A stretch of 64,000 bases of DNA from Spirochaetia bacterium (GTDB lineage Bacteria > Spirochaetota > Spirochaetia > DSM-2461), in contig OY764216.1 in NCBI GenBank assembly GCA_963668315.1, forward strand, positions 2,720,001 through 2,784,000, read 5' to 3'. Shown piece by piece: positions 10,080 to 19,565 of the stretch. Both the position numbers and the translations under genes were made by a program. Each line of letters begins with the position of its first letter. Position 1 is the first letter of the stretch. The notes under the pieces were generated by a model that saw only the letters and a list, made by a program, of their open reading frames with translations, was not told the origin of the DNA and searched no databases.

Positions 10080-10283
10080 CAGGATGGGGCGGGGGATCGG
10101 GGGACCGGCCGGATTCATTGGACGGATTTACTGCGGGAGGGCTCTCATACCAGGCGGATGAAAGAGGGGATGAAGGAATTCGTTCCCTCCATCGGTTGAT
10201 GAAAATATATTTTTAAGGAAATCGTCTTCCCGGTTAGCATTTGAGAGATAATCATCATATGATTATAGAAAGGAGAAATAGTT

Positions 10284-12458
10284 ATGTCTCCAGAAATGAA
10301 TGGTGAGAACCTTTATTCGGGAGAGAAGATGGCGGGAAATTCGGCTCTTCTGGGGGAGATCATCAATGCTGAAGAGCTTCAGTCCATCATGGATGATTTT
10401 TATCTCTTAACCGGAATGGTCACTGCCATACTCGACATGGAAGGCACGGTTCTTGAGAAGACCGGGTGGCAGGATCTCTGTACAAAGTTTCACCGGGTGA
10501 ACAGGCATACGGCCAGGAACTGTACCGAAAGCGATCTCTATCTTGTGAATAATCTCAAACCGGGGGAGTATATAGACTACCGGTGTAAAAACGGGCTTTG
10601 GGATGTCGTGACGCCCCTGTATATCGGCGCCAGGCATTGGGGAAATATCTATACCGGTCAGTTTTTCTATGATGACGATCCGATTGATGAGGAACGCTTT
10701 CTCCGCCAGGCGGAAGAGTACGGTTTCGACAAGGACTCCTATATGGAAGCGTTCCGGCGGATTCCACGGTACAGCAGAAAAGAGATACGGTCGCTCATGG
10801 ACTTTATGGTGAAGTTCTCCTCCTATATTTCGAATGTCAGTTATTCTAAGATGAGGCTGGAGAGGGAAAACTGTGAACGTAAACTGGCCGAGGAAGCACT
10901 GGCCCGTCAGAAGGAGCGGCTGAATTATATTATTCAGGGAACGGACGTGGGTACCTGGGAATGGAACATACAGACCGGTGAAACGATATTCAACGACCGC
11001 TGGGCCGGAATCGTCGGTTATACTCTGGATGAGTTGTCCCCCCTAACCATAGAGACCTGGGGGAAGCTCTGTCATCCCGATGACAGGGAGGAATCGGAGC
11101 GTATCCTAAAACTCTGCTTTGAACAGAAACGGGAATTCTACGATTGCGAGTGCCGGATGAAGCATAAGGACGGTCACTGGGTATGGGTTATCGACCGGGG
11201 AAAAGTCATCACCTGGACCGATGAGGGAAAGCCCGAGTGGATGTTCGGGACCCATATGGATATTTCCGGACGGAAGCAGGCGGAAGGGGAGAGGGAGAGG
11301 ATGCAGGTTCAGCTCTCCCAGGCCCGGAAAATGGAGTCCATAGGCCGACTCGCCGGCGGAGTGGCCCATGATTTCAACAATATGCTGGGGGTTATTCTGG
11401 GCCATACGGAACTGGCTATCGGGAAGATAGGGAAGGGACGTTATGGAAGCCTTCTGGATAATCTGGAAATCATCCAGAAGGCGGCTGAACGTTCGGCCGC
11501 CCTGACTCATCAGCTGCTGGCCTTTGCCCGGAAGGACGCGGCGGAGCCCCGGATTCTGGATTTGAACAGATCCGTATCGGGACTGATCGATATGCTCAAG
11601 CGGATTATCGGGGAGAACATCGATCTGGTCTGGCTTCCCGATGAGCAGATCGCTCCCGTGAAAATCGATCCCAGCCAGGTCGATCAGATTATGACGAACC
11701 TGTGCGTAAACGCCCGGGATGCCATTGAAAGCATCGGCAGAATCACCATTGAAACGGGATCGGCCCATTTTGACGAGGCTTACTGCAAAAGGCATATGGA
11801 GTTTCATGCCGGGGATTATGTGATGCTGGCCGTAAGCGATGACGGCTGCGGCATGGACCGGGAAACGCTGGAGAATATTTTTGAACCCTTCTATACGACG
11901 AAAGAACTGGGAAAAGGTACAGGGCTGGGTATGGCAACCGTCTACGGTGTGGTCAGACAGAACGGCGGCTTTATTAATGTCTACAGCGAAAAGAGTCACG
12001 GTACGTCGATCAAGATTTATCTGCCCCGCCATGGCGATGAAAGGATAGAGGAGAGGGAAGGGGACGGGGAGAAGAGTGCTCCTCCCCGGGGGCGTGAAAC
12101 CATTCTGCTCGTCGATGATGAACCGGCGATTCTCGCCATGGCGGCGTTGCTTCTCGAAGAAGAGGGCTATCATGTTCTGAAGGCGGCGACACCGTCGGAG
12201 GCCCTGCAGATGGTAAGGGAAAGAGGTGATTCAATCCACCTTCTCATCACAGATGTGGTCATGCCCGATATGACCGGCCGTGATCTGTCAGGCCGTGTTC
12301 ATGAACTTGTTCCCGCGATCAAGTGTCTATATATGTCCGGTTATACGGCCAACGTCATTGCCCGGCAGGGTATTCTGGATGACGGGGTTCATTTTATCCA
12401 GAAACCCTTCTCCCTGAAGACACTGAGCGACAAGGTCAGGGCTATCTTGGATGGCTGA
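10284..12458 (+). CDS. Cytoplasmic hybrid histidine kinase (PocR sensor-PAS-HisKA-HATPase-REC)
   Basis: GWQDLCTKFHR..C.ESD..YRCKNGLWD (PocR ligand-binding pattern), PAS WEWNIQTG, H-box AHDFNN, GTGLG, receiver LLVDDE/TDVVMP/QKPF. Confidence 0.9.
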   Translation: MSPEMNGENLYSGEKMAGNSALLGEIINAEELQSIMDDFYLLTGMVTAILDMEGTVLEKTGWQDLCTKFHRVNRHTARNCTESDLYLVNNLKPGEYIDYRCKNGLWDVVTPLYIGARHWGNIYTGQFFYDDDPIDEERFLRQAEEYGFDKDSYMEAFRRIPRYSRKEIRSLMDFMVKFSSYISNVSYSKMRLERENCERKLAEEALARQKERLNYIIQGTDVGTWEWNIQTGETIFNDRWAGIVGYTLDELSPLTIETWGKLCHPDDREESERILKLCFEQKREFYDCECRMKHKDGHWVWVIDRGKVITWTDEGKPEWMFGTHMDISGRKQAEGERERMQVQLSQARKMESIGRLAGGVAHDFNNMLGVILGHTELAIGKIGKGRYGSLLDNLEIIQKAAERSAALTHQLLAFARKDAAEPRILDLNRSVSGLIDMLKRIIGENIDLVWLPDEQIAPVKIDPSQVDQIMTNLCVNARDAIESIGRITIETGSAHFDEAYCKRHMEFHAGDYVMLAVSDDGCGMDRETLENIFEPFYTTKELGKGTGLGMATVYGVVRQNGGFINVYSEKSHGTSIKIYLPRHGDERIEEREGDGEKSAPPRGRETILLVDDEPAILAMAALLLEEEGYHVLKAATPSEALQMVRERGDSIHLLITDVVMPDMTGRDLSGRVHELVPAIKCLYMSGYTANVIARQGILDDGVHFIQKPFSLKTLSDKVRAILDG

Positions 12459-12513
12459 TGGGAGTGTGTCATGACTGACAGGCAGGATCCCGATCTTCCC
12501 AAAATCCTCAGCC

Positions 12514-13689
12514 TCACATCCTGTTCATTTTAAAATCGCCCCTGACAATCGTGGCCAGACAGTTGTAGTCCCTGTCGAATACCGCCAGATTGGCTTTCGT
12601 TCCGGGAAGCAGAGAACCTACTTTTTTGCTTAATCCAAGGATCGCCGCCGGCGTATAGCTGGCCATGAGGAAGGCTTCTTCCGGTGAGCTTCCGAAATCG
12701 ACCATATTTTTTACGGCTCTGTTCAGTGTCAGGGCGGAACCGGCTATGACATGATCTTCTTTCCGGTGAAAGACATTATCGTCACCTAGATACACCTCTT
12801 CCTTATTGGCGTATAATTTCCCGGATTTCTGACATGCCGGCTTTATGGCGTCCGTCACCAGGCAGATCTTGTCGGCCATTTTTTCCTTAATCAGCAGCTG
12901 AACGATAGCCGGGTGGACATGCTCTCCGTCGGCGATTAATTCACAGGTCAGTTCGGAATGGATAAGAATGGCGCCCACGATCCCGGGATCCCTGTGATGT
13001 ATGCTCCTCATGGCATTGAAGAAATGGGTCGCGTGAGTTATCCCCGCTTCCATTCCCTCCCGCATCTGGTCGTAACTCGCATTGGAATGGCCTGCCTGGA
13101 GGGTTATGCCCTTTGAATTGCAGTAGATGGCCAGCTCCCTCATGTTTTTCAGTTCCGGCGCCACCGTCATATTGCTTATTCTGCCCTGGGCCGCGCCATA
13201 GTAGCTTTCCATTAGTTCAATATCGACTTTTTTTATGCTCTCCCCTTGAAGTGATCCTTTTTTTTCGGGATTAATGAAAGGGCCCTCAAGGTGGAGACCG
13301 ATGATTTCGGCGCCGCTTTCCCCGCCCATGGCTCCGGAAGAAGTCTGTATTGACTTGAGAAAATCCTTGTCATTCAGGGGGTAGAGGGTAGGGCAGAAAG
13401 ACGTGACCCCGTACTCTATAAGGGCTTTGCTCATTTCATGGACGGAATCCGTGGAAAGATCATCGGTCCCGTATCCATTGAGGCCGTGTATGTGCGTATC
13501 TATCAGGCCGGGAGTAAGAAAGGCCCCTTCCAGATCCCAGAGTTCCGTGGCGGCTCCAAATGATTTCTGATTGAATCTTTTTTCGCTGAAAACATCGGTA
13601 ATCCGCCCGTCCTCTATGACTACAGCGCCCTTATTAATTTTCGTAAAACCAGTGAAGACAGTTGCATTATATAAAACAATATTTCCCAT
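12514..13689 (-). CDS. nagA: N-acetylglucosamine-6-phosphate deacetylase
   Basis: PGLIDTHIHG, HLEGPF, THFFNAM, DGEHVHP, VTDA, IAGS. Confidence 0.95.
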   Translation of the reverse strand: MGNIVLYNATVFTGFTKINKGAVVIEDGRITDVFSEKRFNQKSFGAATELWDLEGAFLTPGLIDTHIHGLNGYGTDDLSTDSVHEMSKALIEYGVTSFCPTLYPLNDKDFLKSIQTSSGAMGGESGAEIIGLHLEGPFINPEKKGSLQGESIKKVDIELMESYYGAAQGRISNMTVAPELKNMRELAIYCNSKGITLQAGHSNASYDQMREGMEAGITHATHFFNAMRSIHHRDPGIVGAILIHSELTCELIADGEHVHPAIVQLLIKEKMADKICLVTDAIKPACQKSGKLYANKEEVYLGDDNVFHRKEDHVIAGSALTLNRAVKNMVDFGSSPEEAFLMASYTPAAILGLSKKVGSLLPGTKANLAVFDRDYNCLATIVRGDFKMNRM

Positions 13690-13929
13690 AAACAACCTTT
13701 ATTCCCTTATTAATATAGGCCAAATCACATGATGAAAAAAGGGGTCGCCTCATCATTTCCGCCTGTCCTGGATTATCATACACAAAAAGGACGGGAATGT
13801 AGACTGTGAATGGTAAAAAGTTTTAGAAATATTGCACTAATATGAATAATAGTGTTACTATTTGTCCATGGATATTGACCGTATCCGTCGGAATTAATAT
13901 TGAGAAAAACCTGGTTTGGGGTGGGATAA

Positions 13930-15456
13930 TTGAAAAATTCTAAGATCAACGGGGGAAGGCTTTTCATGATCGGCATTCCCGGTCCCCTATTGGATGACGG
14001 GACAAAAAGGCTCCTTGAGACGATTGATCCCCTGTCAATCATACTGTTCGGCAGAAATATCGAGTCTCCCGAACAGCTCTCCCGGCTTATCGCCGAAATC
14101 TCTTCGTTTATGGGAAGAAAACCGGTCTTCGCCATCGACCAGGAGGGGGGAGTCGTTACAAGGCTGACCCACGGATTTACCATCGTTCCGGGGCCGATGG
14201 CCCTAGCCCAGGCCGGGGGCGAAGAGGCCGCCTACGAGGGGGCCCGCATTCTGGGGCTTGAGATGAAAGCCGTCGGTATTGACTGGGATCTCGCGCCCTT
14301 GGCCGATATCAACTGGAACAGGGAGAACCGGGGCATCGGGATAAGGAGCTTTTCGGAGGAGCGGGAGCAGGTCACCGGCTGCGCCGCAGCCTTTGTCAGG
14401 GGACTTGAAGAGGCCGGTATCCTCTCCTGTCTGAAGCATTTTCCCGGTCTCGGCGGGGCTACGGCCGATCCCCACCTCAGCATGCCGGTGGTGGACTGCA
14501 CAAAGGAAGAGCTTCTGCAGAGGGACATCAGACCTTTCCTGGAAATCGATTCTCCCTGCTGGATGCCCACCCATATACATATTCCCTCCCTCCAGAGCAG
14601 GAGAGAGTCGGTTACAGTTTCTTCGGAAGTCCTGACAAGCTTTATCCGGGGCGAACTTGGATTCGGGGGAGTTTTGCTCGGGGACGATTTTAATATGAAG
14701 GGCGCTTCGGAGAACCTCTCTCTTCCGGAACTGACAGTCGCGTCTTTCAAGGCAGGAATGGATATCCTCTCTATCTGCGAGGGATCGGAGAATCAGCTTT
14801 CGGCCTTCAGATATTTATCCCGGGCCATCGAAGAGGATGAGTTCGTCCATGGCCGTTATACCGAATCGATGGAACGAATAAACAGAGTACTGGCTCCCTC
14901 CATGGGAGGTTTGAAACAGGACCTGTCAAAGTTGAGGTCAGAAGAAAGCCTCAGTATGGTCAGGGAACTTTCACAAAGAAGTTTTACGTGCATAAAAAAA
15001 CAGCGGCCCCTTCCCGGGCTTTCTCAACTGGACAATATTTTTTCCATGGAGAGGCAGCGGCTTGTCATGGTGGAGGAAGAGGGGGGGAGAAATTTTTATG
15101 TCGCAGAGAAGGCGTCGCGGATGGCCCGGTGCCCCCTTCACACTATCCACCTGTTGGATGGTAGAATAGAAAGGGAGGAGGAATTGGTCGAAGCCGCCGC
15201 CGGTAAGGTGAATCTCGCCTTTACGGAGAACGCCCATCTGGACAGAAGCGTCTCTTCCTTGATCACCCGCCTCGCCGAGGTTTCGAAAAGTTTCCATCTT
15301 ATAGCTTTGAGGAATCCCTGGGATAGCGATATAGAAGGGGTGGATAACGCTTATTGCACCTATGGGTATACACCGGAACAGCAGAAGAACGCCATGAATA
15401 TACTGGCGGATAAGACGGGAGAGGAGTGTTATGAGCGGATGCCTGATAAAAATTAA
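13930..15456 (+). CDS. nagZ: GH3 beta-N-acetylglucosaminidase, no signal peptide
   Basis: LFGRN, IDQEGG, KHFPGLG..ADPH (Asp-His dyad loop), LGDDFNM; TTG start uncertain. Confidence 0.9.
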   Translation: MKNSKINGGRLFMIGIPGPLLDDGTKRLLETIDPLSIILFGRNIESPEQLSRLIAEISSFMGRKPVFAIDQEGGVVTRLTHGFTIVPGPMALAQAGGEEAAYEGARILGLEMKAVGIDWDLAPLADINWNRENRGIGIRSFSEEREQVTGCAAAFVRGLEEAGILSCLKHFPGLGGATADPHLSMPVVDCTKEELLQRDIRPFLEIDSPCWMPTHIHIPSLQSRRESVTVSSEVLTSFIRGELGFGGVLLGDDFNMKGASENLSLPELTVASFKAGMDILSICEGSENQLSAFRYLSRAIEEDEFVHGRYTESMERINRVLAPSMGGLKQDLSKLRSEESLSMVRELSQRSFTCIKKQRPLPGLSQLDNIFSMERQRLVMVEEEGGRNFYVAEKASRMARCPLHTIHLLDGRIEREEELVEAAAGKVNLAFTENAHLDRSVSSLITRLAEVSKSFHLIALRNPWDSDIEGVDNAYCTYGYTPEQQKNAMNILADKTGEECYERMPDKN

Positions 15457-16324
15457 AGAATCCTATTCGGGATTGACGCCGTCGGAGAGGAAAGTCGCGT
15501 CCTTCATCCTTCAGAATCCGGCAAAGTCCGTGGGGCTTTCCATCGGGGAGCTGGCCGAATTAAGCGGTGCGTCCAAAGCGGCAATTATTCGTTTCTGCAA
15601 GACTCTGGGCTTTGACGGATACAGGGATTTTTCGATTAAAATCGCGTCGGATATCGCCGTTTCCCGGGAAAAATCCGGTGATAAGCTCTATACGGACATC
15701 AAGGTCGGCGACGATCTGGACACGATTATAAGAAACATATCCCATAATAACAAACAGGCCATTGACGATACTCTCAAGGTCCTTGATTTTCGCGAAGTGG
15801 AAAGGGCGGTGGAGGCTCTGAAAAATGCCGGCAGGATCGATTTTTACGGAACGGGCGCTTCGGGGCTCGTCGCCCAGGACGGGCAGCAGAAATTCATGAG
15901 AATAAACCGCATTGCCAACGCCTTCTCCGACACCCACCTCCAGGTGACGGCCGCTACGATTCTGTCATCCGGCGACGTGGCTGTGCTGATCTCCTATTCG
16001 GGGGAAACGAAAGATATTATTGATATCGCCGACCTGGCCCGTGAATCCGGTGCGACGACCATCGGCATCACGAAATACGGAAACAATACTCTCAGCGGCA
16101 AGACGGATATCTGTCTTCAGATTTCATCGCCGGAAACAAGCATGCGGCCTGCCGCCAGCTCTTCCCGTATCGCCCAGTTGAATATTATCGATATTCTTTT
16201 TACCGCCATCGCTTCGGAAAATTATTCGGAGATTAAACACTATCTGGAACGAACCAGTAAGGTGCGGGAGCTTAAGGAGCTGAAGAATCGCCCTTCAATA
16301 TCGCCTGATGGAGATCAAATCTGA
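15431..16324 (+). CDS. murR: MurR/RpiR-family regulator (HTH + SIS)
   Basis: LTPSERKVA..SIGELAE..SKAAIIRFCKTLGFDGY; SIS GTGASG, ISYSGET, SSRIAQL; context. Confidence 0.88.
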   Translation: MSGCLIKIKESYSGLTPSERKVASFILQNPAKSVGLSIGELAELSGASKAAIIRFCKTLGFDGYRDFSIKIASDIAVSREKSGDKLYTDIKVGDDLDTIIRNISHNNKQAIDDTLKVLDFREVERAVEALKNAGRIDFYGTGASGLVAQDGQQKFMRINRIANAFSDTHLQVTAATILSSGDVAVLISYSGETKDIIDIADLARESGATTIGITKYGNNTLSGKTDICLQISSPETSMRPAASSSRIAQLNIIDILFTAIASENYSEIKHYLERTSKVRELKELKNRPSISPDGDQI

Positions 16325-17339
16325 ATTTCTTAATCTTTTCGGCGGTATAGTCCCGGCCGTAATGGACTCTGTTTGTGAACGCGGTAACCTTAAGCCTTCG
16401 GTCAGGGTCAATCCACAGGCTTGTGCCGGTAAATCCCGTATGGCCGAAGGCTTTCCTGCTGAAGCCGGGCCCGGCGAATGAGTCATCGCACTGGGTGAGA
16501 AAACCAAAGGCCCGGGGCGGCCGAACCGAACCGTTCTGGGGCGTCCTCATAAGAGCCGCGTGCTCAGGTTTCAGGAGCTGTTTACCCCTGAGTACACCTT
16601 CGTGGAGAAACATATCTGAAATAGCGGTTACCGCCTCTGCCGTTCCGAAGAGACCGGCGTTTCCTCCTTCTCCGCCAAGGCACCAGGAGTTCTCGTCATG
16701 AACCTCCCCCTTGAGCGCTCTCTTCCTCCAGGGGCAGTATTCCGTAGGGGCGCATCTTTCTTTGTCCTCGGGACCGGGAGTGAAGAGAAGATCTTCTATT
16801 CCGGAAGGTTCGATGATAAGCCTGCGGAAGGCAGACTTTAATGAGCATCCCGCTATTTTTCTTATGATTTGGGTAAGAAGTATATAGCCCGTACAGCTGT
16901 AAATGACCTCCGTTCCGGGCTCTTTTTCCGGTATGAGTGAGTAGAGCCGGGCCAGCGCTTTTTCCTCGTTTATCTCACTTTCCGATCTAAAAAGCCTGAA
17001 TATTTCCGGAACGGGAGGGAGCCCGGAGGTATGGGTCATAAGCTGCGAAAGGGTTATGTCTCCCATCCGATCGTTGACATCACCCAGAAAATAGGAGACT
17101 TTCCTGTCAAAGCCCAAGCTCTCCCCTTCGAGAAGAGCCAGCAGGGTAGGGGTGGTCGCCAGGGGTTTTGTCAGCGAGGCGAGGTCGAAGAGCGTATCCG
17201 GAGACATGGGGCGCCCCTCCTCGACAGAGGTCAGGCCGGCGCATTTCTCAAATATTTTCTTTCCGTCCTTTTCGATGATAAGTACCATGCCGGGAAAGGT
17301 CTCATCATGGATATTTTCTTCGATGAGCTCTTCTATCAT
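16272..17339 (-). CDS. Serine hydrolase, beta-lactamase fold (AmiE-like candidate MurNAc-peptide amidase)
   Basis: FDLASLTK (SxxK), YSCTGY, VHDEN, GHTGFTG; downstream of murQ; no signal peptide. Confidence 0.82.
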   Translation of the reverse strand: MIEELIEENIHDETFPGMVLIIEKDGKKIFEKCAGLTSVEEGRPMSPDTLFDLASLTKPLATTPTLLALLEGESLGFDRKVSYFLGDVNDRMGDITLSQLMTHTSGLPPVPEIFRLFRSESEINEEKALARLYSLIPEKEPGTEVIYSCTGYILLTQIIRKIAGCSLKSAFRRLIIEPSGIEDLLFTPGPEDKERCAPTEYCPWRKRALKGEVHDENSWCLGGEGGNAGLFGTAEAVTAISDMFLHEGVLRGKQLLKPEHAALMRTPQNGSVRPPRAFGFLTQCDDSFAGPGFSRKAFGHTGFTGTSLWIDPDRRLKVTAFTNRVHYGRDYTAEKIKKFRFDLHQAILKGDSSAP

Positions 17340-17344
17340 GGGGT

Positions 17345-18265
17345 CTATGCCTGCGCTTTGAAGTTCTGAACGGCCATGCCGATTCTGCCTTCGTTTTTAT
17401 CGAGAAGATTCTTCGCCTCCTCCGCCGGGATATCCAGCAGCACCGAGACGATTGCCGATTTGGGGTGATGGCCCGACGCTTCAAAGGCCTTTTCCGCCAA
17501 ATCCCGATCGCAGCCCGTGGCTGTTACGATAAGCCTTATGGAGCGCTCGACAAGTTTTTTATTCACCGGAACCAGATCGACCATCAGGTTATTGTATACC
17601 TTCCCCATACGGATCATAGAGGCGGTGGTAATCATATTAAGGACAAGCTTCTGCGCCGTTCCCGATTTCAGTCTTGTCGAGCCGGCGACGATTTCCGGCC
17701 CGACATCCAGGAAGATGGAATGGTCGGCATATTGGAAGATTTTCGATTTCCTGTTACAGCTGATGGCTCCGACAACAGCTCCGGCTTCATGGCCCTTTTT
17801 CATGGCGCCGATGACATAGGGAGCCTGCCCGCTGGCCGTTATCCCGACGACCACGTCCTTCGAATTGATCCCCTTGGCCGCGAGATCTCCGGCGCCCGCC
17901 TCCTCGTTATCTTCCGCCCACTCAATAGAGCGGGTCAGCGCTTCCTGACCGCCGGCGATGATGCCCTGCACCAACTCCCGGCTCACGCCGAAGGTGGGAG
18001 GGCATTCCGATGCATCCAGGACGCCGAGCCGGCCGGAGGTTCCCGCCCCGACGTAGAAAAGCCGCCCGCCCTGTTTAAAGGCCCGGACCGTAGCTTCCAC
18101 CACGGCGGCTATCTGGGGTATCGCCGGCTCAACCCTGAGGGGAACCAATTTATCTTCGTCATTAATGATCTTAAGGATTTCGTCAACCGATTTTGTATCG
18201 ATATCCTTTGACGCAGGGTTAGGCTGCTCTGTCTGCAGCTCTCCAAGATCTTCCATATTATCCAT
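17345..18265 (-). CDS. murQ: N-acetylmuramic acid 6-phosphate etherase
   Basis: TEQPNP, GAGTSGRLGVLDASECPPTF, GPEIVAGSTRLKSGTAQK; start at MDNMEDL (AAGGA SD). Confidence 0.96.
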   Translation of the reverse strand: MDNMEDLGELQTEQPNPASKDIDTKSVDEILKIINDEDKLVPLRVEPAIPQIAAVVEATVRAFKQGGRLFYVGAGTSGRLGVLDASECPPTFGVSRELVQGIIAGGQEALTRSIEWAEDNEEAGAGDLAAKGINSKDVVVGITASGQAPYVIGAMKKGHEAGAVVGAISCNRKSKIFQYADHSIFLDVGPEIVAGSTRLKSGTAQKLVLNMITTASMIRMGKVYNNLMVDLVPVNKKLVERSIRLIVTATGCDRDLAEKAFEASGHHPKSAIVSVLLDIPAEEAKNLLDKNEGRIGMAVQNFKAQA

Positions 18266-18279
18266 TTTATGTCCTTTAT

Positions 18280-19422
18280 TTACGGTCTTGATAATTTTCC
18301 CATGACAACGGGATAGTCTGCTCCGGTGGCTTCGGTTACATTGTTTGCCCTGTTGCGGGAAAAGCTCCAGGCGAGCAGGGCAAAGGCAACGGCCTCCTTG
18401 TAATCGGAACTTATCCCCGCTTCGTCGCCCGTCATGACTTTCGTTTCCGGCATATATAGCTTGAGACCGTCCATTATCACCGGATTGAACGCTCCGCCCC
18501 CGCATACGATAAGCTTATCGGGCGCTTTGGCAAAATATCTTCCATAGGCATCGGCTATTGTCAGGGCCGTATACTCTTCGGCCGTTCTGATGAGATCCGG
18601 TCCATTTTCATAACCGGATATCCAGTTGTCGTAGAAATCGGTTCCGAACTCTTCGCGGCCCGTTGTTTTGGGCACGTCGGCCGAAAGATAGGGGTGGGAG
18701 AGCCATCTCTCCAGTAACTCTTCGATTATCTGCCCCTTTTTACCGATCCTGCCGCCGTCGTCATAGGAGAGCTTCCCCCCGGTAAATTCCGAGACCAGCC
18801 GGTCCACAATCATATTGCCGGGGCCTGTATCGAAGGCCGAGGCCCTGGCGCCTTTCTCAAAATAGCTGAGATTGCTTATCCCCCCTATATTTTGAAATGC
18901 CGTACCTTCCCCGTGGATATCCAGGAGGAATCTGTCCAGGTAAGGAACGAGAGGAGCGCCGGAACCGCCCGCCGCTATATCGGCCACCCTGAAATCCGAG
19001 ACCACAGGGATACCGGTCTTCTGTGAGATGACCGAAGCCTCTCCAATCTGCAGGGTGCCCCGTAGGTTCTCACCGCAGAATATCTCCTTTGAGGCCACGT
19101 GGTAGATGGTCTGCCCGTGGGAGCCTATAAGGGACACATCCTCTTTCTTCAGGGACAGTTTATTTAACAGTTCATTGACGGCTTCGGCAAAGAGCTGGCC
19201 GATTCGGATATTGGCAAGGCACAGCAGTCTGAGTGAACCGGGGCCGTCTTCAAATAGCCTGAATATAATCTCCCTGAGATCCTCCGGTATGGGCCAGTTG
19301 AGCCCGCCGATCATCTGAAACTCGGGAGCAGTATTTCCATTGGAGGAGATCTTAACGGCGGCAGCGTCTATGCTGTCAACCGAAGTCCCCGACATCAATC
19401 CAATTAGAATTTCTTCATTCAT
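18280..19422 (-). CDS. anmK: Anhydro-N-acetylmuramic acid kinase
   Basis: GLMSGTSVDSID, GSHGQT, DFRVADIAAGGSGAPLVP, FDTGPGN, KEAVAFA. Confidence 0.96.
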   Translation of the reverse strand: MNEEILIGLMSGTSVDSIDAAAVKISSNGNTAPEFQMIGGLNWPIPEDLREIIFRLFEDGPGSLRLLCLANIRIGQLFAEAVNELLNKLSLKKEDVSLIGSHGQTIYHVASKEIFCGENLRGTLQIGEASVISQKTGIPVVSDFRVADIAAGGSGAPLVPYLDRFLLDIHGEGTAFQNIGGISNLSYFEKGARASAFDTGPGNMIVDRLVSEFTGGKLSYDDGGRIGKKGQIIEELLERWLSHPYLSADVPKTTGREEFGTDFYDNWISGYENGPDLIRTAEEYTALTIADAYGRYFAKAPDKLIVCGGGAFNPVIMDGLKLYMPETKVMTGDEAGISSDYKEAVAFALLAWSFSRNRANNVTEATGADYPVVMGKLSRP

Positions 19423-19428
19423 GGGAAT

Positions 19429-19457
19429 ATTATGCGTATATATGGGATCTTTGTCAA
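19429..19457 (-). promoter_or_regulatory. anmK promoter (leaderless)
   Basis: TTGACA-17bp-CATAAT then 6 nt to ATG, no SD. Confidence 0.8.
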
Positions 19458-19511
19458 AATAAAATAAAAAGTAATTTCAAGAAAAAGGGGAAATAATGAA
19501 AAATAATTTTA

Positions 19512-19540
19512 TTGACTAAGCCCTTGGGGGGGCATATAAT
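19512..19540 (+). promoter_or_regulatory. Promoter of sugar ABC operon
   Basis: TTGACT-17bp-TATAAT; spacer contains G7. Confidence 0.8.
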
Positions 19541-19565
19541 TGGAAACTAAAATATGGAGGACTAC

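Noticed and set aside
16272..17339. Beta-lactamase / resistance gene
   Set aside because: No signal peptide, and the murQ/anmK context points to a recycling hydrolase.
18266..18505. N-terminal extensions in the ORF track (murQ; also ORFs starting at 24061, 52686, 55286, 56567, 61221)
   Set aside because: They overlap upstream genes or promoters; homology-like sequence and SD/coupled starts begin at downstream ATGs, so these are not fusions.
19458..19511. MurR operator in the AT-rich anmK/ABC intergenic region
   Set aside because: Likely present, but I could not extract a motif convincingly shared with the nagA/nagZ intergenic region.
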